A stretch of DNA of 64,000 nucleotides. Source: an uncultured Polaromonas sp. (GTDB lineage: Bacteria; Pseudomonadota; Gammaproteobacteria; Burkholderiales; Burkholderiaceae_C). Shown in pieces: positions 30,082 through 38,948 of this stretch (positions within the stretch are counted from its first letter, which is position 1; every line of letters starts with the position of its first letter). The stretch covers positions 8,562 to 72,561 of the forward strand of contig CAYPSU010000002.1 of the NCBI GenBank assembly GCA_964413475.1. The letters are read 5' to 3'. The position numbers were made by a program, and so were the translations under genes. The notes beneath the pieces are model-generated. The model saw only the letters and a list, made by a program, of their open reading frames with translations, was not told the DNA's origin and made no database searches.

Positions 30082-31496
30082 GTGCAGTGGCGCGCCTGCT
30101 GCAGACGCACCGGCCTGGATCGGAGCGCTTGCGGGTATTGGCAGCCTCGGGCCAGTTGGGTTTTGGCATTCCTCAGGCGTCCCTGAGGCGCGGCGTAGAC
30201 CGGCGGCCGCACTTCATTGGCTGTGATATGGGATCGATTGATCCTGGACCTTTTTATCTGGGCTCGGGGAAGATGGCGGCGCAGCCTGCCGTGGTTCGAC
30301 GCGATCTGGAGCTGGTGCTGGAGGCCGCGCGTTCGCTGGATGTGCCGCTGATCATCGGTAGCGCCGGGACTGCTGGCGCAGCACCGCATCTGCAGGCAAC
30401 TTTGGATTTGTTGCGACAGGTGACTGAGGACCGGGGCTGGCCGATTCGGGTGGCCACGGTGGCCAGCGATATACCTGTCTCCGTGCTGGAGCAGGCTGTA
30501 CAGGAAGGGCGAGTCAAGCCACTGGAGCCGGTGGCTGCCAGCCTGGGTCTGCCCATACCCGATACGCAGCAGCTGCGCTCCTGCGGTCATCTGGTGGCCC
30601 AGTGCGGCAGCAGCACCTTTGAGGAGGCACTTCGCACCTTGCCCGATGTGCTGGTGGCCGGACGCTCCTGCGACACGGCCATTTTTGCGGCCTTGCCCCA
30701 GATGCTCGGTTATGACACCGGGCTGGCTTTGCATATGGCCAAGATCATCGAGTGCACCTCTTTGTGCTGCGAGCCGGGCGGGCGCGACGCGATATTGGCC
30801 GAGCTGGGGTCGGAGGATTTCATCCTTGAGAGCATGAACCCAGCCTTGCGGACTACGGCATCTTCGGTGGCGGCCCATGCCTTGTACGAGCAGGCTGATC
30901 CCTGGAGTGTCGAGGAGCCCGAAGGTACCCTGGACTTGCGGTCGGCCCGCTACCAGAGCGTCGATGAGCGGCGAACCCGTGTCTGGGGTGCTCGCTACCG
31001 CCCGCGCTCTCGTCCGACTCTCAAGGTTGAAGGGGCGGCCCGCGTCGGCGCACGGGTGGTGTTGTTGGCCGGTGTGGCCGATCCCACCTTAATTGGGCGC
31101 CTGCAGAGCGCCCTGACCGAGGTGGAAGAGCGGGTGCGTCAACTGGTGCCGGGCGCCTGGCGTGTGGTGTCCCATGTCTACGGCCAGGGGGCGGTACGAG
31201 CGCTGACCGATTCACAGCGCAGCACCCATGAAGTCGGTCTGGTGCTTGAGTTTCTGTCTCAGGAGGTGCAGCTGGCCAGCGCTGCGGCCTCGGTGTTCAA
31301 GCAAAACCTGCTGCACCTGGGATATCCGGGGCGCCTGACCACCGGGGGCAATCTGGCCTTTGCCTTCACGCCCAGCGAGATAGAGGCGGGGCAGAGTTAT
31401 CGCTTTGTGCTGTATCACCTGCTCGAGGGTGTTGATCCGGGCGAGGTTTTCCGCATCAGCGTGCAGAATTGGCAGGCTCGGGAGGTCATGGCATGA
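30078..31496 (+). CDS. AtuA (DUF1446) family protein
   Basis: GQLGFG, CDMGSIDPGPFYLGSG, PLIIGSAGTAG, VAGRSCD, HMAKIIEC, AHALYE. Confidence 0.8.
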   Translation: MSAVARLLQTHRPGSERLRVLAASGQLGFGIPQASLRRGVDRRPHFIGCDMGSIDPGPFYLGSGKMAAQPAVVRRDLELVLEAARSLDVPLIIGSAGTAGAAPHLQATLDLLRQVTEDRGWPIRVATVASDIPVSVLEQAVQEGRVKPLEPVAASLGLPIPDTQQLRSCGHLVAQCGSSTFEEALRTLPDVLVAGRSCDTAIFAALPQMLGYDTGLALHMAKIIECTSLCCEPGGRDAILAELGSEDFILESMNPALRTTASSVAAHALYEQADPWSVEEPEGTLDLRSARYQSVDERRTRVWGARYRPRSRPTLKVEGAARVGARVVLLAGVADPTLIGRLQSALTEVEERVRQLVPGAWRVVSHVYGQGAVRALTDSQRSTHEVGLVLEFLSQEVQLASAAASVFKQNLLHLGYPGRLTTGGNLAFAFTPSEIEAGQSYRFVLYHLLEGVDPGEVFRISVQNWQAREVMA

Positions 31497-32284
31497 CCGC
31501 CCGGCTGCCCTTGACCAAGTATCACCAGATCTATCTGGTGCTGCGCGAGCAGTTGCAGGAGGGTCTGTTCGCGCAGGGCATTCCGGCGGAGACAGAGCTG
31601 GCCCGTCAGTTTGGAGTTGGCCGGGTGACGGTGCGCCATGCGATGGAACAGCTGGTCGCTGAAGGGCTGATCCACCGGGTCGCTGGGCGGGGTACCTTCC
31701 CCACGGCGCACGGCCGTGCGCTGGCCTCGTCTGGGACTGCGGTTCAGGCGCAGCCCACACGCCTGGCGGGCCTGATGGAGAACATTGTCAGCGCCAGCCG
31801 TGCCACCACGGTCAAGGTGCTCGAATGGCGTGCGCTGACTGCTTCCGAGTCGGTGGCCCTGGCTTTGGATGTTCCGGTGGGGACAGAGGTCAGGAAGGCC
31901 GTCAGGCGTCGCAGTTCGCGCGAGGGTCCGCTGTCCTACATCACGACTTATGTGCCGACCGATCTGGCTTTGGGCATCAGCCGCCGCGATCTGGTCAGCA
32001 AACCGATGCTGCAGTTGCTTGAAGAGGCTGGTGTGGCTCTGGGGCGTGCTCAGCAGACCATCTCGGCGCGTCAGGCCGATGCGCTGGTGGCGCAGGAGCT
32101 GGGCGTGGCCATCGGCACCGCCTTGCTATGGGTGCGTCGCCGGGTCTTTGATCTGCAGGATCGGCCGGTGCAATGGCTCGAAGGCCTGTATCGTCCCGAC
32201 CGCTACGAATATCAAATGGAGGTTTCACGCATCGGCGGTGTCGATGCCCGCATAACCGTTAAGGAGCAGGAAGGTGTTGTTTGA
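31493..32284 (+). CDS. GntR (HutC/UTRA subfamily) transcriptional regulator
   Basis: IPAETELARQFGVGRVTVR, GRGTF, C-terminal UTRA (YRPDRYEY). Confidence 0.92.
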   Translation: MTARLPLTKYHQIYLVLREQLQEGLFAQGIPAETELARQFGVGRVTVRHAMEQLVAEGLIHRVAGRGTFPTAHGRALASSGTAVQAQPTRLAGLMENIVSASRATTVKVLEWRALTASESVALALDVPVGTEVRKAVRRRSSREGPLSYITTYVPTDLALGISRRDLVSKPMLQLLEEAGVALGRAQQTISARQADALVAQELGVAIGTALLWVRRRVFDLQDRPVQWLEGLYRPDRYEYQMEVSRIGGVDARITVKEQEGVV

Positions 32285-32317
32285 AGCCCGCGTTGATCGT
32301 CATTCGCAGGGGGCGCA

Positions 32318-33595
32318 GTGACTGAGCCGAAGAAGCCGGCGCAGACGCTGGCCCAGAAACTCATTGCCAGGGCTTCGGGACGCGCCTCGGTGTCGATCGG
32401 GGAAATCGTCAACTGCCAGGTGGATCTGGCCATGTTCCACGACTCGTCGGGTCCGCGCCGACTCAAGCCCATGCTCGAGGAACTGGGCGCTCAGGTCTGG
32501 GACAAGTCCCGCATCGTCCTGGTGATGGATCACTATGTCCCGGAGCAGGACGATGATTCGCGCCGCATTGTGCGCATCGCCCGCCAATGGGCTGCCGATC
32601 AGCGCTTGCCGCATGTCTATGACAGTCAGGGCATTTGCCATGTGGTGCTGCCGCAGAAGGGGCACCTCAAGCCCGGCCTTTTTTGTGTGGGCGGTGATTC
32701 GCATTCACCGACCGGGGGGGCGTTTGGCACCTATATGTTTGGCATTGGCAGTACCGAGATGCTGGGTGTGGTGGTCACGGGTCAGATCTGGGTGCAGGTG
32801 CCGCGCACCTACCGCATGCACTGGCAGCACAGGCTGGCGCCGGGCGTGACCGCCAAGGACATGATGCTGCATATGATCGGCCGCTTTGGTATGAACGGCG
32901 GACAGTACCAGGCGGTGGAGTTCTGTGGGGAGGCGGTTCAAGCCTTGTCGATGCAGGAGCGCATGACGCTCTCCAATATGAGCGCTGAGCTGGGCTCGCA
33001 GGTGGGCCTGATCGCCCCGGATGAGGTGACTCGGCAATGGCTGGCCGGCGTTGGGGTGACCGATGTAGAGCTCGATGGATGGCATACGGATGCCGATGCT
33101 GATGCGATCACCTACAACTTTGACGCGGCCAGCCTGTCGCCCCAGGTGGCAGCGCCGCACAGCCCGGCCAATACCCAGTCTGTGACGCAATTCGGTGACA
33201 TCGCTATCGAAGTGGCCTATGTCGGCGCCTGCACAGGTGCCAAACTTGATGATTTGCGCGCTGCGGCCCGTGTGCTGCGGGGCCAGCGTCTGCCGGCGGG
33301 TGTGCGCCTCATGGTGGCGCCGGCCAGCTTGCAGGATCAGGCTCAGGCCGAAAGCGAAGGGGTGATGGCCGCTTTGCGCGGATCGGGCGCCGAAGTCCTG
33401 CCCACGGCCTGTGGTGCCTGCTCCGGTTATGGCGGAAGCATTCCTGATGGCGCCCGCGTGATTGCCACGACGGCACGCAATTTCAAGGGCCGCATGGGTT
33501 CGGCCACGGCGCAGGTGTATCTGGCCTCGCCCTACACCGTGGCTGCATCGGCCCTGCGCGGCCGCATTACCGATCCCCGCGAGGTGCTGTCATGA
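32318..33595 (+). CDS. Aconitase-family hydratase large subunit (LeuC/HacA/DmdA-like)
   Basis: DHYVP, GICH, GGDSH, LSNMSAE, GACTG, CGAC Fe-S cysteines, RNFKGRMG. Confidence 0.9.
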   Translation: MTEPKKPAQTLAQKLIARASGRASVSIGEIVNCQVDLAMFHDSSGPRRLKPMLEELGAQVWDKSRIVLVMDHYVPEQDDDSRRIVRIARQWAADQRLPHVYDSQGICHVVLPQKGHLKPGLFCVGGDSHSPTGGAFGTYMFGIGSTEMLGVVVTGQIWVQVPRTYRMHWQHRLAPGVTAKDMMLHMIGRFGMNGGQYQAVEFCGEAVQALSMQERMTLSNMSAELGSQVGLIAPDEVTRQWLAGVGVTDVELDGWHTDADADAITYNFDAASLSPQVAAPHSPANTQSVTQFGDIAIEVAYVGACTGAKLDDLRAAARVLRGQRLPAGVRLMVAPASLQDQAQAESEGVMAALRGSGAEVLPTACGACSGYGGSIPDGARVIATTARNFKGRMGSATAQVYLASPYTVAASALRGRITDPREVLS

Positions 33596-34092
33596 GCGGT
33601 CCGCACAAGGTTTGGAAGCTCGGGGGTGATATCGATACCGATCAGCTGGCACCGGGTGCCTACATGAAGCTGGGCCTGGCTGATATCGCAGCCCATTGCC
33701 TGGAAGGTGTGCGCCCCGATTTTGCAAGCGGCGTGCAAGCTGGCGATGTGATCGCGGCGGGCCCCAACTTTGGCATCGGCTCCTCGCGCGAGCAGGCGGC
33801 TGGCGCCCTGGTGCAGTTGGGCGTCCGGGCCGTCATTGCCCCGTCCTACAGCGGTTTGTATTTTCGCAATGCCTTCAACTTGGGGTTGTTGTTGCTCACT
33901 TGCCCGCAGGCCGAGCGCCTGAAGGAGGGCGAGCCGATTCACCTGGATTTGACCGGTCGGGCTGTGGTGCGTGCCGATGGAGAGCGCCTGACCTGCGAAC
34001 CCATCCCCGATTTTCTGTTGGATATGGTGCGGGCCGGAGGGCTGCTGCCCCAACTGAAGAAACATCTGCAGCGCAAGCAGGAGGCCGCATGA
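33592..34092 (+). CDS. Aconitase-family hydratase small subunit (LeuD/HacB/DmdB-like)
   Basis: DIDTDQLAP, NFGIGSSREQA, FRNAFNLG, AGGL. Confidence 0.9.
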   Translation: MSGPHKVWKLGGDIDTDQLAPGAYMKLGLADIAAHCLEGVRPDFASGVQAGDVIAAGPNFGIGSSREQAAGALVQLGVRAVIAPSYSGLYFRNAFNLGLLLLTCPQAERLKEGEPIHLDLTGRAVVRADGERLTCEPIPDFLLDMVRAGGLLPQLKKHLQRKQEAA

Positions 34093-35507
34093 GCCAGCCC
34101 TCAACCCCACCCCGTGTCGTGCGTGCCCAGGCTATGCCCGAGGGCACCTGGGGTGTGCCTGCGCTTATCGTCGGTGGCGGCGCCTGCGGCTTGACAGCTG
34201 CCGTGGGGCTGCGGCAGGCCGACATCGACTGTGTGGTGCTCGAACGCGATGCCGTGGCCACAGGATCGACAGCCCTCTCGTCAGGTTTCATTCCTGCAGC
34301 GCAGACCCGATTGCAGAAGTCATTAGGCATTGCCGATTCGCACGAGCTGCTGATCGACGATGTCATGAACAAGGCCCACGGGCAGGCTCCGCGCCCTCTG
34401 GTGCAGGCCTATGTGCAAGCCGTGACCGAGGCGATTGACGTGCTGGAGGGCAAGGGGCTTCCGTTTGAAATCGTCGATGGTTTTCTCTATCCGGGTCACA
34501 GGGTGCGCCGCATGCACACCATGCCTGAGAAAACCGGCGCAACCTTCATGGCCCGGCTGGAGCAGTTGGCCCGTGCTGAGGGTGTGGATGTTCTGAGCGA
34601 GGCGCTGGTGACCGAGTTGTGGGTGGACAACGCGAATCGGGTGCTGGGGGTGGGTTACCGTCGACCCGACGGTCAGCTTGAGCACCTGGCCTGTCAGGTG
34701 CTGCTGCTTGCCTGCAACGGTTTTGGCGGTAATGCGCAGATGGTGCGCGAGCTGCTGCCTGAGATGGCCGAGGCGGTTTTTGCCGGTCATCAGGGCAACG
34801 ACGGCACGGCCATCCAATGGGGCCGACAGCTGGGTCTTCGCATGGCTGACCTGGACGCCTATCAGGGTCACGGTTCCTGGGTCACGCCGCAGGGGGCGCT
34901 GATGACCTGGGCCTTCATCATGGAGGGGGGCGTACAGGTCAATGCCCAGGGGCGCCGCTTCAATGATGAGACGGGGGGTTACTCTGAGGCGGCAGTTCAT
35001 GTGCTGGCCCAGCCCGGCGGTGTGGCCTGGAATTTATTTGATGCCCCCCTGCTCGAGCTGCTGCGCGGGTTCCCCGACTTTCGCGAGGCCGAAGCTGCCG
35101 GCGCGCTGCGCACCGCGACCGATGTGAACCGTTTGGCCGAGCTGATGGGCTGCGATGCAGCCGTTTTGCAGGCCACGTTGGATGAGGTGGCACCCGGACG
35201 TACCGATGCCTGGGGTCGCAGCTTCAAGCGGTCCCTGCAGCCGCCCTACCATGCGATCAAGGTGACCGGCGCGCTGTTCCACACCCAGGGGGGGCTGGAC
35301 ATCGACCCGCAGGCGCGGGTGCTGCGCAGCGATGGTCGGCCCATGCCCAATTTGCTCGCAGCTGGGGGCGCCGCCCGTGGCGTGTCGGGGCGCGGCGCTG
35401 ATGGCTATCTGGCCGGCAATGGCCTTCTCAGTGCAGTGGGCGGCGGCTGGCTGGCGGCGGGCGTGATGGCTCGGCAGTTGAAGCAGCCCTTCGATCACCT
35501 TGGCTGA
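34089..35507 (+). CDS. FAD-dependent oxidoreductase (fumarate reductase/TcuA-like flavoprotein)
   Basis: IVGGGACG, GSTALSSG, LACNGFGGN, HTQGGL, NLLAAG, GNGL; ATGA overlap. Confidence 0.85.
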   Translation: MSQPSTPPRVVRAQAMPEGTWGVPALIVGGGACGLTAAVGLRQADIDCVVLERDAVATGSTALSSGFIPAAQTRLQKSLGIADSHELLIDDVMNKAHGQAPRPLVQAYVQAVTEAIDVLEGKGLPFEIVDGFLYPGHRVRRMHTMPEKTGATFMARLEQLARAEGVDVLSEALVTELWVDNANRVLGVGYRRPDGQLEHLACQVLLLACNGFGGNAQMVRELLPEMAEAVFAGHQGNDGTAIQWGRQLGLRMADLDAYQGHGSWVTPQGALMTWAFIMEGGVQVNAQGRRFNDETGGYSEAAVHVLAQPGGVAWNLFDAPLLELLRGFPDFREAEAAGALRTATDVNRLAELMGCDAAVLQATLDEVAPGRTDAWGRSFKRSLQPPYHAIKVTGALFHTQGGLDIDPQARVLRSDGRPMPNLLAAGGAARGVSGRGADGYLAGNGLLSAVGGGWLAAGVMARQLKQPFDHLG

Positions 35508-35527
35508 TGGATGAAATTAGGGGCACC

Positions 35528-36385
35528 ATGAAACTTGCTCAGAGACTGCAACAGTCCAGCGCTGTACTGGCGCCCGGTGTGTACGACGCATTGACCGCTC
35601 TGGTGGCCGAGCAGTCCGGCTTTGAGGCGCTTTACCTCTCAGGTGCCTCGATTGCCTACACCCGTCTGGGGCGCTCAGACATCGGTCTGACCACCGCCAC
35701 CGAGGTGGCCGACACGCTGGCGCGTATCACCGAGCGGGTGCAGGTGCCGGTGATCGTCGATGCCGACACCGGCTTTGGAAATGCCCTCAACACCCAGCGT
35801 ACCGTGCGCGCTTTCGAGCGCGCCGGCGCGGCCATGATCCAGCTGGAGGACCAAACCTTTCCCAAGCGGTGCGGGCATCTGGACGGTAAAGGCGTGGTGT
35901 CGGCGCCTGAAATGTGCGGCAAGCTGCGTGCCGCCCTGGATGCTCGCCATGATCCCGGCACCTTGATCCTGGCGCGCACCGATGCGCTGGCGGTCGAAGG
36001 TTTTGAGGCGGCCATGGACAGGGCAGAGCAGTACCTGGCTTGTGGAGTTGATGCGCTTTTTGTTGAGGCCCTGCGAACGCCTGAGCAGATGAAGGCCGCC
36101 TGCGAACGTTTTGCCCGCCGTGTGCCGCTGCTGGCCAATATGGTCGAAGGCGGCAAGACACCGGTGCAAAGCGCTTCGGCGCTGGGTGAACTGGGCTTTC
36201 GTATCGTCATTTTTCCAGGTGGCACCGCGCGAGCGGTCTCGCATTTGCTGCGTCGCTACTACGCCAGCTTGCACCAGCATCAGACCACAGCGCCGTTCAA
36301 GGGCGAGATGCTGGACTTTGATCAGCTCAATGGGCTGATTGGCACCCCCGACTTGCTCGCTCTGGGTAAAAGTTACGATGCCTGA
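35528..36385 (+). CDS. Isocitrate lyase/PEP mutase family C-C lyase (2,3-dimethylmalate/methylisocitrate lyase-like)
   Basis: YLSGA, DADTGFG, EDQTFPKRCGH, ARTD, NMVEGGKTP. Confidence 0.88.
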   Translation: MKLAQRLQQSSAVLAPGVYDALTALVAEQSGFEALYLSGASIAYTRLGRSDIGLTTATEVADTLARITERVQVPVIVDADTGFGNALNTQRTVRAFERAGAAMIQLEDQTFPKRCGHLDGKGVVSAPEMCGKLRAALDARHDPGTLILARTDALAVEGFEAAMDRAEQYLACGVDALFVEALRTPEQMKAACERFARRVPLLANMVEGGKTPVQSASALGELGFRIVIFPGGTARAVSHLLRRYYASLHQHQTTAPFKGEMLDFDQLNGLIGTPDLLALGKSYDA

Positions 36386-37553
36386 GGCTTCTGTCCGGGC
36401 GGACTCTGGCTCGCGGCCTCTCGATCAGGTCACTGTCGTCTCGCTTGAGCAGGCAATCGCCGCGCCTCTGTGCACGCGTCACCTGGCCGATCTGGGAGCT
36501 CGGGTGATCAAGGTAGAGCGGCCTGGAAGAGGGGACTTTGCCCGCGATTACGACCAGAGGGCAAGGGGCATGGCCTCGCATTTTGTCTGGGTCAACCGAT
36601 CCAAGGAGAGTCTGGCGCTGGACTTGAAGAATCCCTCCCACCTTGCGGTGCTGCGGGCCCTGATCGCCCGTGCCGATGTGCTGGTACAGAACCTGGCGCC
36701 TGGTGCCACCGCGCGCATGGGGCTCGATGCGACCACATTGCGGCAGACACAGCCGCAGCTGATCGTCTGCGATATCTCAGGCTACGGGCAGGACGGTCCG
36801 TATCGCGACCGCAAGGCCTACGACCTTCTGATTCAGGGTGAGGCGGGGCTGATCAGCGTCACGGGCACTCCGGAGACGCCGTCCAAGTCAGGCAATTCCA
36901 TGGCAGATATTGCGGCGGGCATGTATGCCTATTCGGCCATTCTGGCGGCACTGATTCAGCGCAGCAAGACCGGGGAGGGATCGCATATCGACGTCTCCAT
37001 GCTCGAGTCGCTGGTGGAATGGATGGGCTACCCGATGTATTACGCCATGGACGCAGCCGAGCCGCCGGCGCGCACCGGGGCCTCGCATGCCACGATACAG
37101 CCCTACGGGCCCTACGCGATCGGCGACGGGGCTGTGGTCATTCTGGGGGTGCAAAACGAGCGCGAATGGGTCCGTTTTTGTGAGCAGGTTCTCGGCCGCC
37201 CTGAATTGGCCACCGACTGCCGTTTTGACTCCGTGTCCGGGCGTAGCGAAAACGTCAAAGCCCTCAACGACCTTATCCTGCAAGCCTTCGCGCAACTGGA
37301 TGTCGGTCGGGTTGAGCAGCGGCTCGATCAGGCGCAGATTGCTCACGCCCGTATGAACAGCATGGCCGATGTCTGGGCCCATCCGCAGCTCAAGGCCAGA
37401 GCCCGCTGGACAGATGTGGACACGCCTGTCGGTCTGATGCCGGCCCTCAAGCCGCCGGCGGTCTCCAGCGCATTTGAGCCCCGCATGGGGGCGATTGCTG
37501 GGGTGGGTGAGCACAACGAGTCGATCCTTCGCGAGTTGGGCCTGCGCTTGTAA
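36378..37553 (+). CDS. Class III CoA transferase (CaiB/BaiF)
   Basis: LEQAIAAP, LADLGARVIKVERP, NRSKES, ISGYG, KAYDLLIQ, ADIAAG. Confidence 0.92.
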   Translation: MPEASVRADSGSRPLDQVTVVSLEQAIAAPLCTRHLADLGARVIKVERPGRGDFARDYDQRARGMASHFVWVNRSKESLALDLKNPSHLAVLRALIARADVLVQNLAPGATARMGLDATTLRQTQPQLIVCDISGYGQDGPYRDRKAYDLLIQGEAGLISVTGTPETPSKSGNSMADIAAGMYAYSAILAALIQRSKTGEGSHIDVSMLESLVEWMGYPMYYAMDAAEPPARTGASHATIQPYGPYAIGDGAVVILGVQNEREWVRFCEQVLGRPELATDCRFDSVSGRSENVKALNDLILQAFAQLDVGRVEQRLDQAQIAHARMNSMADVWAHPQLKARARWTDVDTPVGLMPALKPPAVSSAFEPRMGAIAGVGEHNESILRELGLRL

Positions 37554-37592
37554 GGGCTGCCCGCGCCGCTAGAAACTCGGACAGAAAGAGCG

Positions 37593-37609
37593 GGCCTTGA
37601 TGCAAGGCC
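37593..37609 (-). terminator. Possible intrinsic terminator between convergent genes
   Basis: GGCCTTG-atg-CAAGGCC hairpin followed on the minus strand by CGCTCTTTCT (weak U-tract). Confidence 0.3.
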
Positions 37610-37703
37610 ATCGCCTGGCTGGCGCCCGCGGAACAAAGAGAAAAGACGCTGCCCAGGCCTCCGAGGGCGTCCAGACGATCGGATCTGTTGGAGAAGGTGG
37701 TGC

Positions 37704-38930
37704 TTACTGGGCCAGCTGGTTGAGCTCGATGATCGGCAGAAGGACCGCCAGCACAATCAGCATCACGATGCCGCCCATCGCCACGATCAGAAGGGGCTCC
37801 ATCACAGTGGCCAGTTGCATGGCCCGTCTTTGCACCTCGTTGCCGAGCTGGCTGGCAGCCCGTTGCAGCATGGCAGGAAGGGTTCCGGTCTGCTCGCCGA
37901 GTCGGGCGAACATGGGCAGCAGGCTTGGAAAGCGGGGATGGGCCGAAATGGCCGCAGATAAGGGCGCACCCTCACGCACCAGAACCAGGGCCTGCTGCGC
38001 GTCCCGGCGCAGAGCTGTGTTGTGCAGGGTGTCGGCCGCGGCCTGAAGTGCCCGCAGGATCGGGACGCCAGCTTGCGCCAGCAAGGCCAGCGTTGCAGCG
38101 AAGCGGGCAGCGTTGTACCCGCGGGAAAGGAGCCCGAGGACCGGCAATTTGAGCCAGAAGGTGTCGTAGGCCAGGCGCACACGTTCGATCCGCAAGGCCT
38201 GTGCAAAAAGCAGCAGGGCCAGACCCATGAGCGGCGCCAGCCACGGCCCCCACTGGCGCACCGCAGCGCTCAGGGCCAGCATCACGACCGTCAAGGTGGG
38301 CAGAGCCCGCTTGCTGCCCGCAAAGACCTCTGCCACTTGTGGCACGACATAGGCGAGCAAGAAAAAAACAATCAGGATGGCCACTGCGCTGACGATGGCA
38401 GGGTACAGCGCTGCGCTGACCACTTTGGCCCGCAGCGCCAGGCCCCGCTCAAGATCTTCGGCCAGGCTTGAAAGGACGCGCGAGAGCTCGCCTGTCTGTT
38501 CGCCCGCAGCGATCACCGCCCTGTAGGTGTCGTCAAATTCTCGTGGTGCCTGCACCAAGGCTTTGGACAGACTGCTGCCGGCATTGACCTCGGCGCGCAG
38601 GGTGGCCAAGACATTTTGCTTTTTGCCTTGAGCCCCTTCGATCAGACTGCTCAGCGCGCGTTCGAGCGGTAAACCTGCAGCCACCAGCTCTGCCAATTGA
38701 CGGGTGAAGATCGCCAGCTCGGCGGCACTGAAGGCCCGTGCCGACCAAATTTCGCGCTGCCACCATGGCTTGCGCTCAAGCTCTTGGTTAGCCAGTGCAA
38801 GATCGACCTGGATGGGGATCAGACCTTGAAACCTGAGGGCCGTACGTGCTGCACGCGCGGAGTCGGCCTCAATCACCCCTTGCAGTTCCTTACCCTTTTG
38901 GTCGATGGCAGCGTAGGAAAAGGCGGGCAT
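37704..38930 (-). CDS. gspF: Type II secretion inner-membrane protein F
   Basis: MPAFSYAA, FTRQLA.LV.AGLPLE, AGEQTG, LYP, EPLLI..MG. Confidence 0.93.
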   Translation of the reverse strand: MPAFSYAAIDQKGKELQGVIEADSARAARTALRFQGLIPIQVDLALANQELERKPWWQREIWSARAFSAAELAIFTRQLAELVAAGLPLERALSSLIEGAQGKKQNVLATLRAEVNAGSSLSKALVQAPREFDDTYRAVIAAGEQTGELSRVLSSLAEDLERGLALRAKVVSAALYPAIVSAVAILIVFFLLAYVVPQVAEVFAGSKRALPTLTVVMLALSAAVRQWGPWLAPLMGLALLLFAQALRIERVRLAYDTFWLKLPVLGLLSRGYNAARFAATLALLAQAGVPILRALQAAADTLHNTALRRDAQQALVLVREGAPLSAAISAHPRFPSLLPMFARLGEQTGTLPAMLQRAASQLGNEVQRRAMQLATVMEPLLIVAMGGIVMLIVLAVLLPIIELNQLAQ

Positions 38931-38948
38931 GGCGGGGACGATCGAAGC

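Noticed and set aside
32318-34092. Calling the aconitase-family pair leuC/leuD (leucine biosynthesis)
   Set aside because: Short Hac/Dmd-type subunits, no leuB nearby and catabolic neighbours; gene symbols withheld
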